From: an uncultured Clostridia bacterium
GTDB taxonomy: Bacteria > Bacillota > Clostridia > TANB77 > CAG-508
DNA: 64,000 nt
Direction of reading: 5' to 3'
Assembly (NCBI GenBank): GCA_944387565.1
Contig: CALXFJ010000001.1
Location: 51,218 to 115,217, forward strand
Made by a program: the position numbers and the translations under genes. Numbering within the stretch: the stretch's first letter is position 1; each line of letters begins with the position of its first letter. The notes beneath the pieces are model-generated. The model was not told where the DNA came from. It did not search any database and worked only from the letters and a program-made list of their open reading frames with translations. Shown piece after piece: positions 9,590 through 20,003 of this stretch.

Positions 9590-10561
9590 TTACTTCCTTG
9601 AATAATCTTGGGTTTCTTGGTTAGAAATATAAACTTCTGAACGATTACATTTTAGAAACTCAACTATATTATAAACATCTATCCAAATTTCGTTTGGGCT
9701 ATCAACTTGAGATTCATCAAAAATTAATTGTATACCAAAATGGAGATGGGGGACATTTACATTATTAACATTTTCTTTAATGCTGTAACCTGTCATTCCA
9801 AGATAACCTATTACATCTCCAGCTTCTACAGTATCACCTTCACTTAACCCAGTTACATAAGGATGATTTTTTCTTAAATGAGCATAATAGTAATATCTTT
9901 TACCATCAAAGCTTCTAATACCAATTCTCCATCCTCCAAATTGATTCCAACCTAAATGTTCTATTGTTCCAGATTCTACAGCAATTATGGGAGTTCCAAT
10001 ACTTCCCATCAAGTCATTTCCTAAATGTGTTCTTTGGAAGCCATAAGACCTACTTTTCCCAAAATCATCATAATGTGAAAAAGAATAATTTTTAGCAATA
10101 GGAAGAAATGCTTTTACACCATATTGTTCATTAGAATCGTAACCAATAAATTGTGACAGAACAGCTGAATAACTTTCATAATAATAATTATAATTTTTAA
10201 AATCTTTTGATAAACTTTCCATAGTTTCACCATTTTCGAGTTTTGAAACTAAAGAATCTAAATCTGATTTTTTAAAATTTTTAAAATCTCCACCATTTTT
10301 ACAAGCAAGATAAGAAAGAAGTTCAATCCAATTGTATTTAATAGGAGTATCTTTATTATGAGAATCTATATCAAGCTTAGCTGTTAAATCTAAAGCTTCG
10401 GATGAAACATTAAAATCTACCCATTTAATAAAATCATTTTCTTTTTTATCATTTTCGTTATTGTTTGCAAAAGATACAAAAAGGATAATAGAGAGTGATA
10501 TAATAAAAAAAATAATTATAAGAATTATTTTTTTGTTAAGTTTTAAAGATTTTATTATCAA
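9590..10561 (-). CDS. M23 family metallopeptidase, membrane-anchored
   Basis: HLGNDL (HxxxD) and PHLHFGIQ (HxH) motifs; N-terminal TM segment. Confidence 0.85.
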   Translation of the reverse strand: MIIKSLKLNKKIILIIIFFIISLSIILFVSFANNNENDKKENDFIKWVDFNVSSEALDLTAKLDIDSHNKDTPIKYNWIELLSYLACKNGGDFKNFKKSDLDSLVSKLENGETMESLSKDFKNYNYYYESYSAVLSQFIGYDSNEQYGVKAFLPIAKNYSFSHYDDFGKSRSYGFQRTHLGNDLMGSIGTPIIAVESGTIEHLGWNQFGGWRIGIRSFDGKRYYYYAHLRKNHPYVTGLSEGDTVEAGDVIGYLGMTGYSIKENVNNVNVPHLHFGIQLIFDESQVDSPNEIWIDVYNIVEFLKCNRSEVYISNQETQDYSRK

Positions 10562-10645
10562 AAAAATTCACCCCATTATAAATATATTGGAAGATTTTTT
10601 ATAATATGATAAAATAATTCTGAAATTATAGACTAAGAAAGAAGG

Positions 10646-11113
10646 ATGAATATGGATATATTAATGAAAAAGGCAAATGAAAATGCTATAGAAGGAATTA
10701 AAAACAAAGAAGGAGGACCTTTTGGAGCAGTAATAGTAGATAAAGAAGGTAATATTATAGCTAATGGAAATAACAAAGTAATAAAAAATAATGACCCAAC
10801 AGCACATGCAGAAATTATTGCAATAAGAGAAGCTTGTAAAAAGTTAAATACTTATGATTTAAAGGATTATATACTATATACTTCATGTGAGCCATGTCCT
10901 ATGTGCTTATCAGCAACGATATGGGCAAACATTAAAACTATATATTATGGTTGTACAAGAAAAGATGCTGAAGAAATAGGGTTTAGAGATAACTATATTT
11001 ATGATTATTTAGAAGGTAAAAACAAGGATGTTGTAAAACTAGAAAATATAGAAAGAAATGAATGTTTAAAAACATTTGAAAGATATAAAGAAGAAAATGG
11101 AATAATTTATTAA
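10646..11113 (+). CDS. guanine deaminase-type CDA-fold nucleoside deaminase
   Basis: GGPFGAVIV, DPTAHAE and CEPCPMC zinc-binding motifs, as in Bacillus GuaD. Confidence 0.7.
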   Translation: MNMDILMKKANENAIEGIKNKEGGPFGAVIVDKEGNIIANGNNKVIKNNDPTAHAEIIAIREACKKLNTYDLKDYILYTSCEPCPMCLSATIWANIKTIYYGCTRKDAEEIGFRDNYIYDYLEGKNKDVVKLENIERNECLKTFERYKEENGIIY

Positions 11114-11148
11114 ATCTTATTGTAAAAAAATATTATTTATGAAATAAT

Positions 11149-12901
11149 ATGAAAGAAATGGGAGGGGATATTTTGAAAAAAATATTAAAAATTTCTTTAA
11201 TATTTCTTTTCTTTTTACTTACTTTTGGAGTTCTTAAAAGTGTAAATGCAAATTCAATAAGTAAGATTTCAATGGATATATATGTTGATAAAAATGGAAA
11301 TGCAACAATTAATGAGGTTTGGGATTGTACTACTAATAATGGAACAGAGGTATATCATCCATATTACAATTTAGGAAAATCAAAAATAGAAAATTTGCAA
11401 GTAAGTGAAAATGGAAGAAATTATCAAACATTATCATCATGGGATACATCTAGAAATTTAGAGGATAAAGCATATAAATGTGGTATAAACAAAATTAAAA
11501 ATGGAGTAGAGTTATGTTGGGGCATTAGTAAATATAGCACACATGTTTATAATGTAAAATATACAATAAGTAATTTTATTGCTGAATTAGAAGATTCGCA
11601 GATGTTATATTGGACATTTATACCATATGATTTTTCAGACCCTATAGGAAGTGTATATATAAAAATACATACAGATTTTGATATACCAAATTTTGTTGAT
11701 GTATGGGGATATGGAAATTATGGTGGAACTGCATATGTTTATGATGGATACATAGAAATGCAATCAGATGGAAGATTGGCTCAAAATGAATATATGACTA
11801 TGCTTGTAAAATTTCCGAGTAATACATTTAACACATCAAACAGCATAAATCATGATTTTAATTATTATTATAAAATGGCAGAAGAAGGTTCTGTAAAATA
11901 TAATGAAAAGCCTATAGGTTTTGGTCAAATCATAGTAAATATATTAAATTTTATAATGGACATTTTACCTTTTATAATATTTCTTATAATTTGGATTTTA
12001 ATAGTAGTTAAATCAAGAAAGATTTCCAGATTGAATTTTGGAAAAGAAGGTAAGAAAATGCCATCTGACTTACCATATTACAGAGATATACCATGTAATA
12101 AAAATATTTTTAGAGCCTATTATATAGGTTATAATTATAATTTATTAAAAAATAAAACCGATTTATTAGGAGCAATTATTTTAAAATGGCTTAAAGATTC
12201 TGTTATTAGAATGGAAAAGAAGGATAATGATGGAATATTCAAAAAAGATGATGTTTTAATTTATTTAAATGAAACAAATCCAGATGTTACTATCCAAAAT
12301 GAAACCGAAAGAAAACTATTTACTATGCTTTATCAGGCAAGTAATGATGGTGTTTTAGAAAATAAAGAGTTTGAAAAATGGTGTAATAAAAGTTATTCAA
12401 AAGTATTAAAATGGTTTGATGATATTTTAAAAGTAGAAAGAGATTTACTAGTACAAGAAGGAAAAATTAATGTTCAAGAAAAGACAATATTTAAGATTTT
12501 TACATCAAAGATTTATACAGCAACACCAGAATTAAAAGAAGAAGCAATACAATTAGCAGGTTTAAAGAAATTTTTAAGAGAATATACTCTTATAAAAGAA
12601 AGAGAACCACTTGAGGTTACTATATTTGAGGAATATTTGATATATGCTCAAATGATGGGGATTGCAAAAGAAGTTGCAAAAGAATTTAAAGAGATTTACC
12701 CTGAAATTATTGAACAGTCTAAATTTGTTTCTTATGATAATATAATTATTGTAAATGCATATGCGACACATGGAATTTCAACAGCTAGAAGTGCAGAAGC
12801 TAGAGCAAGAAGTTATTCATCTGGTGGAGGTGGATTTTCATCAGGTGGCGGAGGAGGAGGCTCCTTCGGTGGAGGCGGAGGCCGGAGGAGGTTTCCGTTA
12901 A
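11149..12901 (+). CDS. DUF2207-like membrane protein with Gly-rich C-terminus, interrupted at in-frame CGG 12883-12885
   Basis: Signal peptide (likely start TTG 11173 after the RBS gggagggg), central TM segments and a SGGGGFSSGGGGGGSFGGGGG tail. Skipping C12883 ends the protein ...GGGFR at stop 12899-12901. Confidence 0.6.
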
Positions 12902-12951
12902 TAGAGAAAAATAAAAGGCACACATATGAAAATGTGTGTCTTAATTTTACG

Positions 12952-14721
12952 TTAAAATTTATTTTGTTCTTTAATAATATCAATATGAACATCTCTTAAT
13001 AAATCTCTTTTTACATTACTTGGGGCTCCCATCATTAAATCTTGTGCTTTGCTATTTAATGGAAATGCTATTACATCTCTAATATTTTCTGTTTCTGCTA
13101 AAAGCATAATCATTCTATCAATACCATGTGCAATTCCTGCATGTGGTGGAGCACCATATTGGAATGCTGTATATAAAGCACCAAATTTATTTTTTACCTC
13201 TTCTTCTGTATAACCTGCCATTGAGAATGCTTTTGACATTACAGCAATATCATGATTTCTAACAGCTCCAGAAGCAATTTCTACACCATTACATACCATA
13301 TCATATTGATATGCTAATATATCTAATGGTTTTTGTTCTTCTAATGCTTTTAAACCACCTTGTGGCATAGAGAAGGGGTTATGTCCAAATTCTATATTTC
13401 CACGGTCATTTAATTCAAACATTGGAAAATCTACTATCCAACAGAAATTAAATACATTATTATCTATTAAATCAAGTCTTTTTCCTAATTCATCTCTTAC
13501 TTGACCAGCTAGTCTTTCAACAACTCCAGGAACCTCAGCAATAAAGAATAAACAATCTCCAGGTTTTGAGTTAGTTCTTGAAAGCATTTCTTCTCTTGCT
13601 TCATCAGTAATAAATTTGGCAATTGGTCCTTGGAAAGAACCATCTTCAAGAACACGAAGCCATGCTAATCCTTTAGCTTTTAATTCTTTTATAGCAAATG
13701 TAGTCATATCTTCAAAGAAACTTCTTGGTCTATCACCTACATCATGTGTTGCAATTACACGTACAATCATATTTTTAAATGCATTTAAACTTAAATTTGC
13801 AAATACATCAGTACAATCAACAATTATTAATGGATTTCTTAAGTCTGGCTTATCTGTACCGTATTTCTCCATTGCTTCTTTATATGTTATTCTTGGGAAT
13901 GGAGTTTTATTTATTTTCTTATCTGAGAATTCAGAAAATAAATTGTATATAACAGGTTCTATAGTAGTTAAGACATCTTCTTGACTTGCAAAACTCATTT
14001 CCATGTCTAATTGATAAAATTCTCCAGGTGTTCTATCAGCTCTTGAATCTTCATCTCTAAAACATGGTGCTATTTGGAAGTATTTATCTATTCCTGATAC
14101 CATTAGTAATTGTTTAAATTGTTGTGGTGCTTGTGGTAAGGCATAGAATTTTCCAGCATGTAATCTACTTGGTACTAAATAGTCTCTTGCTCCTTCTGGA
14201 GAAGAACTTGTAAGTATTGGAGTTTGCACTTCTAAGAAGTTTCTTTCTACCATTTGATTTCTTAAAAATTGCAATACCTTTGCACGTAGTATTAAGTTAT
14301 TTTTCAATTTTTCATTTCTTAAGTCTAAGAATCTATATTGTAATCTTAAATCTTCTCTTACATCTTGGTCAGTATTTATTTCAAAAGGAAGATTTAAACT
14401 TCTTTTGCTTAAAATTTCTATTTTTTCAATTTTAATTTCAACTAAACCTGTTTTTAGTTTTTCATTTATAGTTTCTTCATCACGTTTTTTTACAAGACCT
14501 GATACACATACACATGATTCTATTGGTATGTGTGATGCAAAGTCCACATCTTCACTTTCTGCAGATGTAACTACTTGTGTTATTCCATACATATCTCGTA
14601 TGTCTAGAAAAACTAATCCTCCTAAATCTCTTATTGTTTGAACCCAACCATAGATTTTAGCTTTTGTTCCAACATCGTTTAATGTAATCTCATCACATTT
14701 AAACCTTTTGTAATCTGACAT
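12952..14721 (-). CDS. aspS: aspartate--tRNA ligase
   Basis: Bacterial AspRS motifs FYALPQAPQQFKQLLM, QIAPCFRDEDSRADR, GAPPHAG; 589 aa. Confidence 0.95.
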   Translation of the reverse strand: MSDYKRFKCDEITLNDVGTKAKIYGWVQTIRDLGGLVFLDIRDMYGITQVVTSAESEDVDFASHIPIESCVCVSGLVKKRDEETINEKLKTGLVEIKIEKIEILSKRSLNLPFEINTDQDVREDLRLQYRFLDLRNEKLKNNLILRAKVLQFLRNQMVERNFLEVQTPILTSSSPEGARDYLVPSRLHAGKFYALPQAPQQFKQLLMVSGIDKYFQIAPCFRDEDSRADRTPGEFYQLDMEMSFASQEDVLTTIEPVIYNLFSEFSDKKINKTPFPRITYKEAMEKYGTDKPDLRNPLIIVDCTDVFANLSLNAFKNMIVRVIATHDVGDRPRSFFEDMTTFAIKELKAKGLAWLRVLEDGSFQGPIAKFITDEAREEMLSRTNSKPGDCLFFIAEVPGVVERLAGQVRDELGKRLDLIDNNVFNFCWIVDFPMFELNDRGNIEFGHNPFSMPQGGLKALEEQKPLDILAYQYDMVCNGVEIASGAVRNHDIAVMSKAFSMAGYTEEEVKNKFGALYTAFQYGAPPHAGIAHGIDRMIMLLAETENIRDVIAFPLNSKAQDLMMGAPSNVKRDLLRDVHIDIIKEQNKF

Positions 14722-14945
14722 TAAAAATTCCTCCTTTTCTTAGGGATTTAAAGCACAAAAAAATCCCTAGCAAAATGCAGGGACGAAATTATTTCCGCGG
14801 TGCCACCCAGCTTGAAAAATTAAAGAATTTTTCCACTTTATTTAGTATTGCTCCAACATGTTTCACTTTTTAGGTTGACCTTCAAAGGTTTCCAGCCTAT
14901 GACCTTTGTTCTCTAGTTAAGTGACTTCTAAAAGCTTTGTGTTGT
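14722..14945 (-). promoter_or_regulatory. T-box leader (tRNA-sensing riboswitch) with terminator
   Basis: The minus strand carries AGAGA, the T-box sequence GGGTGGCACCGCG, and the terminator tccctgcattttgctaggga followed by T7 directly upstream of the aspS RBS. Confidence 0.85.
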
Positions 14946-15090
14946 AATATCGCAATTAATATTTTAATTTAATATATACAAGTGTATTGTATGTTATTAT
15001 TTTCATAAACAAATGTAATTATACAATATAACTATTGAAAAATCAATACTTTTCAAAAAATAAAAATTTAAAATATGTATATATGTCAAT

Positions 15091-15110
15091 GGTAAAAAAA
15101 GGTAAAAAAC
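15091..15110 (+). promoter_or_regulatory. direct repeat GGTAAAAAA x2, candidate activator site
   Basis: ggtaaaaaaa ggtaaaaaac with 10-bp periodicity, ending 4 nt before the -35 of the ABC operon promoter. Confidence 0.35.
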
Positions 15111-15114
15111 CATA

Positions 15115-15143
15115 TTGAAATGATAACATATATATTTTATAAT
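15115..15143 (+). promoter_or_regulatory. sigma-A type promoter of the ABC operon
   Basis: TTGAAA, 17-nt spacer, TATAAT. Confidence 0.55.
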
Positions 15144-15164
15144 GTAAAAAGAATAGGAGTAAAT

Positions 15165-16145
15165 ATGTTAAATTTAGTAAAAAATGAACTAATAAAGATT
15201 TTTAAAAGAAAAAACATTTATGTATTATTTTTAGTAGTGATTCTGGTAATTATAGGTTACAATGTATTTGAAAGATACAGCAATAATATTAAGAGTATTG
15301 ATATAAGTGAGCAATATACCAGAGCTTATAATCAGGATAAAGTGTATCTTGATAATTATGAAAGTTTAAATATTAAAGAAAAATATTCAGATATTTTAGA
15401 AAGAGTAAATTTAGAAAAATATGCTATCCAAAATAATATTAAATATAAGATTTTTTTAAATACGGAAAATAAAAGTGCTATTTTACCATCTGACGCAAGG
15501 AGTTTGCTTATGAAATTTTTTAACAATTTCGATATAATCATAATATTTATTGTCATTTATTTAGCAAGCACAATTATATATGAAGAATATAGTAATGGAA
15601 CTATTAAAAATCTCCTAGTAAAACCACATAGGCGAAGTTCAATCTTATTTTCTAAAATAATAACTACTATATTAGTTACATTGTTTACATTAATTGTATT
15701 AATTTTATTCCAATATGTAATTGGAGGAGTTGTATTTGGTTTTGATAGTTATTCACTAGATGCTATTAGATATAATCATATAACAAAAAATATAGATGTT
15801 ATGAATTTAGAATATTATATGATTTTAATATTTGCATCTAAATTACCAATGTATTTATCAGTTATTTTAATAGCATTACTTTTAAGTGTATTTATAAATA
15901 ATATAGGGATTAATATTTTAATATCTTTAGGATTATATTTGGCAAATAATTTAGATGTATTATTTAATAACATAACAAAATATTTATTTATGTATAACTG
16001 GGATATTAGTAAATATATATTTGGAAATATGGAAGCAATAAATAATAACATTAATTCACCAATATTAATATCAATTATTTGGATTATATTAATTACTGTA
16101 GTATTATTTATTGGTTTTAATAAAAAAGATATAGTAAATGAGTAA
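15165..16145 (+). CDS. ABC-2 type transporter permease
   Basis: Start MLNLVKNELIKIFKRKNIYV after the RBS aggag. Multi-TM protein with the KPHRRSSILFSK segment shared with 17053-18648. Confidence 0.7.
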   Translation: MLNLVKNELIKIFKRKNIYVLFLVVILVIIGYNVFERYSNNIKSIDISEQYTRAYNQDKVYLDNYESLNIKEKYSDILERVNLEKYAIQNNIKYKIFLNTENKSAILPSDARSLLMKFFNNFDIIIIFIVIYLASTIIYEEYSNGTIKNLLVKPHRRSSILFSKIITTILVTLFTLIVLILFQYVIGGVVFGFDSYSLDAIRYNHITKNIDVMNLEYYMILIFASKLPMYLSVILIALLLSVFINNIGINILISLGLYLANNLDVLFNNITKYLFMYNWDISKYIFGNMEAINNNINSPILISIIWIILITVVLFIGFNKKDIVNE

Positions 16146-16166
16146 AAAGTAAAAAGGGGATTTTAA

Positions 16167-17072
16167 ATGGAAATATTAAAATGTGAAAATCTAAAAAAAC
16201 AAGTAAAAAATAAAGTAATTGTAGAAAACATTTCTTTTTCTTTGGATAAAGGAGATATAGTTGGATTTATAGGACCAAATGGAGCTGGAAAAACTACTAC
16301 TATTAAATTAATTTTAGGTTTAATAAAACTAACAGAGGGAAAAGTATATATAGATGGATATGATATTCAAAAAAACTTTATAAAAGCCATGGAAAAGGTA
16401 GGAGCAATTGTTGAAACTCCAGATTTATATATGTATTTAAATGGATATGATAATTTGAAACTAACAGCAAATAACTACAAAAGTATAACTAAAAAAAGGA
16501 TAAATGAAGTAATAAAAATGGTTGGTTTAGAAAACAGAATAAAAGATAAAGTATCAACTTATTCTCTAGGAATGAGACAAAGACTTGGAATTGCTGAAGC
16601 AATTATTAATAATCCAGAATTATTAATTTTAGATGAACCAACAAACGGATTAGATGTAGAAGGCACCATTGAGATAAGAAACTTAATAAAAGAATTATCA
16701 AAAGAAGGGATTGCAATATTAATATCAAGCCATAATTTAACAGAAATTGATAATTTATGTAATAGAATTATAGTTATAAAAAATGGAAGAATTATTACAA
16801 ATGATACAATTGATAATTTTAAAACTTTTTCTAATGAAACAACTTATGTTTTAGAATTAGATCATTTAGATAATTTAGACCAAGTGATTTTAAATTATAA
16901 ATATGAAATAGTGTCTAAAAATAAAATAAGGGTATATATTTCTAAAGAAGAAATGGCAAAATTAATGGAAAGTTTAATAAAAAATAAATATCAAATTTAT
17001 TCCATGCAAGAAGAAAAATTAACTTCAGAACAAGCTTTTATGAAAAAAGTAGGTGAGAATAAAATTGATTAA
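16167..17072 (+). CDS. ABC transporter ATP-binding protein
   Basis: Walker A GPNGAGKTT, signature YSLGMRQR, Walker B LLILDEPTNGLD. Confidence 0.9.
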   Translation: MEILKCENLKKQVKNKVIVENISFSLDKGDIVGFIGPNGAGKTTTIKLILGLIKLTEGKVYIDGYDIQKNFIKAMEKVGAIVETPDLYMYLNGYDNLKLTANNYKSITKKRINEVIKMVGLENRIKDKVSTYSLGMRQRLGIAEAIINNPELLILDEPTNGLDVEGTIEIRNLIKELSKEGIAILISSHNLTEIDNLCNRIIVIKNGRIITNDTIDNFKTFSNETTYVLELDHLDNLDQVILNYKYEIVSKNKIRVYISKEEMAKLMESLIKNKYQIYSMQEEKLTSEQAFMKKVGENKID

Positions 17073-18648
17073 ATTAATAGAAAATGAATTAATAAAGATT
17101 TTTAAAAGAAAAAGTATATATGTATTATTAGTATTTTCTTTAATAGCAATTATTATATATAATTATATGAATCCAGACCAAAATGATAGTACGTTAAAAA
17201 TGAATACAGATGATTTAGATATTTCTATACTTGAAAAAGGAATAGAAGATATAAAAAATAGAATGGCAGAAGAAAATACTACTGATAAGAATGAAGAAGT
17301 TCAGCCACAAAATGACGTACAAAAATTTTTACAGAATCTAAATAGTAGTATAGAAGGATTAGTTATACAAAATATAGATTTAGAGTTTGCAAAACTATAT
17401 GATAGATATGAAAAAGAATCTTGGCAAAGATATGCGTTAAATGAAGAAAGAAATGGTTATTCTTTTGAAAATAATTCTAATTTAACTTATAATCATGATA
17501 TAAAAAGTAATATAAAGACAATTAAAGATTATGAATTAAATCCAGATACACGAATAACTAAAGAGCAGTATGATAAAGCAATTGAAAAATATAATGGTTA
17601 TGTAAAAACTTTAGATTCTAACAATTGGAAAGAATATGTCACATATAAAATTAATAGCTTAAAAGAAGAAAAAGATTTAGCTTCAAAAGAGGAAGCAAAT
17701 TGGTTACAAATAGAAATTGATATAAATCAGATGAGGTTAGATAATAATATAGAATACAAAGATAATAGACTAAATACATATATAGAAGAATATAGAAGTA
17801 ATTATTATTCTTTACAAAACTATGAAGAAATAGAAGAAAAAGATGATTTTGTTAAAAAACAAATAAAAACAACTAAAGGAGAAATAAGTTTACTTAAATA
17901 TGCAATAGAACATAATATAACACAAGATATATCTTCTGAAAAATATAATTTATTATTAGAAAATAAAATAGATGCAAGAATTAGTTTTATTAGAACATTT
18001 GAACATTTTGATTTAATTATAGTAATAATTGCAATATACATATCTTGTATGATAGTAACAGAAGAAATGAATAAAAGAACTATCAAAAACTTATTAACAA
18101 AACCACATAAAAGAAGTTCTATTCTATTTTCTAAAATGATAGCTTGTCTTATTACAGTAGTAATATCAATGATATTTGTTTGTGTAGTTCAATATATTGT
18201 CGGTGGATTGATTTATGGCTTCGATAGCTATGGTCTAGATTATATAGGATATAATTATAATACTGATGAAGTATTTGAGATGAATATTTTTGAGTTTATA
18301 GTTTTAGAAGGTTTAACTAAATTACCAATGTATATTATAGTAATACTATTTTGTATATTTATTGGAACAATTAATAACAATACTTCAATGACAATGATTT
18401 TGACACTCATTATATTTATGATTGGAAATTCATTGCTTGAAGAATGGTCTAAATCTGAAACTTTAGCAATGGCATTTAAATATTTTATTACTAATAATTG
18501 GGATTTTAGTACATATCTATTTGGCAATTTTTCAGAAATTCCTGGAATTAATTTAGAATTTTCAATTATTGTATATATCATTTATTCTGCAATATTTATT
18601 ATAGGTGCTATGAAAACATTTGAAAATAAAGAAATAAGTAACCAATAG
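17053..18648 (+). CDS. ABC-2 type permease with a large extracytoplasmic insert
   Basis: The N-terminus ...NELIKIFKRKSIYV and the C-terminal TM block are paralogous to 15165-16145. An insert of about 300 aa follows TM1. Confidence 0.7.
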   Translation: MRIKLIKLIENELIKIFKRKSIYVLLVFSLIAIIIYNYMNPDQNDSTLKMNTDDLDISILEKGIEDIKNRMAEENTTDKNEEVQPQNDVQKFLQNLNSSIEGLVIQNIDLEFAKLYDRYEKESWQRYALNEERNGYSFENNSNLTYNHDIKSNIKTIKDYELNPDTRITKEQYDKAIEKYNGYVKTLDSNNWKEYVTYKINSLKEEKDLASKEEANWLQIEIDINQMRLDNNIEYKDNRLNTYIEEYRSNYYSLQNYEEIEEKDDFVKKQIKTTKGEISLLKYAIEHNITQDISSEKYNLLLENKIDARISFIRTFEHFDLIIVIIAIYISCMIVTEEMNKRTIKNLLTKPHKRSSILFSKMIACLITVVISMIFVCVVQYIVGGLIYGFDSYGLDYIGYNYNTDEVFEMNIFEFIVLEGLTKLPMYIIVILFCIFIGTINNNTSMTMILTLIIFMIGNSLLEEWSKSETLAMAFKYFITNNWDFSTYLFGNFSEIPGINLEFSIIVYIIYSAIFIIGAMKTFENKEISNQ

Positions 18649-18654
18649 TATAAA

Positions 18655-18680
18655 AATGAGGGCTTAATATAGCCCTCATT
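18655..18680. terminator. bidirectional terminator
   Basis: Stem aatgagggct/agccctcatt. Confidence 0.6.
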
Positions 18681-18721
18681 CCATAGGAGATATTCAAATA
18701 GTTACCTAGTTTTTTGAACCT

Positions 18722-19162
18722 TTAGAAGGTCGCATTAATATACGTGTCATCTGAATCTGCAATGACTACGAACTTACAGGTATATTGCCCCTTTGGTAGA
18801 TTCCATACAGTCCATTCTGCACTGTCATTCAGTCCCATAATCCAATCATTTGAAAGTTCTTTTCCTGAAGGATTATACAGGTGAACATAAACGGAACCGG
18901 AAGAGCTGTAGCCATTACCAGTATCAACGTGTAGAGTCCTCACCAGATTCCACTCCGACAACGTGAAATAGGCGTAATGCGTGTATGCACCAACTCTAGT
19001 AGTCTGAGTGGAAGTAGTCAAATCCTGAGTTGATTCAACTGTGGGAGTAGCTGCATCTGCTACATTTTCAGTAGCAAATGCAGGTGTAACTGAAGTTATT
19101 GCGAGCATAGCTGTTGCTAGTGCCATACTTGCGACCATTTTTGGGGTTTTCCGAATTTTCAT
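18722..19162 (-). CDS. small secreted protein, G+C-rich ORFan
   Basis: Start MKIRKTPKM after the RBS ggagg. Signal peptide ends TPAFA. Beta-rich mature part. Contains an in-frame CGG at 19151-19153. Confidence 0.55.
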   Translation of the reverse strand: MKIRKTPKMVASMALATAMLAITSVTPAFATENVADAATPTVESTQDLTTSTQTTRVGAYTHYAYFTLSEWNLVRTLHVDTGNGYSSSGSVYVHLYNPSGKELSNDWIMGLNDSAEWTVWNLPKGQYTCKFVVIADSDDTYINATF

Positions 19163-19463
19163 TTTTACCTCCAATGTCAAGTAAAAAATCCCCTATGTAA
19201 TATAGATAGAACATCTATATTGTATATATAATACTACAATTTTGGCTATTTACATAAAAAAGTAAAAAAAAGTAAAATTATCTAACAAATTTGAATATCG
19301 TATAAAAATTTATAATAGTATTTACTTGTATAAAATCATAATTAAACTGTATTTAATGGTAAAATAATGAAATATAGAGATTTACAAAAATCGATTTATA
19401 TGAAATTATATAGGTAATTAATGGACTCTTATAATTAGGAATAAAAAAAGAAAGGAGAACCAA

Positions 19464-20003
19464 ATGGAAGAGCTTGTAACAAAAGCACAGAAAGGAGATA
19501 AAGAAGCTTTTACCGAAATTGTAATATTGTTAAAAGAAGACTTGTATAAAATAGCAAAAACTAGAATCACAAATGAAGCAGATATAGAAGATGCTATTCA
19601 AGAAACGATGATAGAAGCATATAAATCTATAAAAAAATTAAAAGATAAAAAGAAGATAAAACAGTGGCTAATAACTATATTAATTAATAAATGTAATAGA
19701 ATTTATAGAAGAAAATATAAAAAAGATATTTCCATTGATGAATATAATCTAGAAAAATATATGGTTATGAACCAATTTAAAAATATAGAAAATGATTTGA
19801 ACTTTTATTCTCTATTGAAAAAATTAAATCATAAAGAGAGATTAGTTTTAACTTTATATTATATGGAGGAATATTCAGTAAAAGAAATTAGAGAGATAAC
19901 AAAAATGAATGAAAATACAATAAATACTTGTTTATATAGAGCAAGAAATAAAATAAAAATTAATATGGAAGGAGAATACAATGCTAGAAAAGTCAAGCGA
20001 TGA
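19464..20003 (+). CDS. ECF-type sigma-70 family RNA polymerase sigma factor
   Basis: 179 aa. Region 2 (AFTEIV...DAIQET) and region 4 HTH (YSVKEIREITKMNENTINTCLYRARNKI). Confidence 0.85.
   Translation: MEELVTKAQKGDKEAFTEIVILLKEDLYKIAKTRITNEADIEDAIQETMIEAYKSIKKLKDKKKIKQWLITILINKCNRIYRRKYKKDISIDEYNLEKYMVMNQFKNIENDLNFYSLLKKLNHKERLVLTLYYMEEYSVKEIREITKMNENTINTCLYRARNKIKINMEGEYNARKVKR

Noticed and set aside
12841-12898. GGAGG/GGCGG-rich stretch that looks like a DNA repeat or a cluster of RBS sequences
   Set aside because: It is the coding sequence of the Gly-rich C-terminal tail typical of DUF2207-like proteins.
12902-12999. The 3' extension of ORF 11149-12999, which overlaps convergent aspS by 48 nt
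   Set aside because: It results from reading through CGG at 12883 in frame 0. The tail (RRRFPLIEKNKRHTYENVC...) runs through the aspS terminator region. The +1 reading stops at 12901 and removes the overlap.
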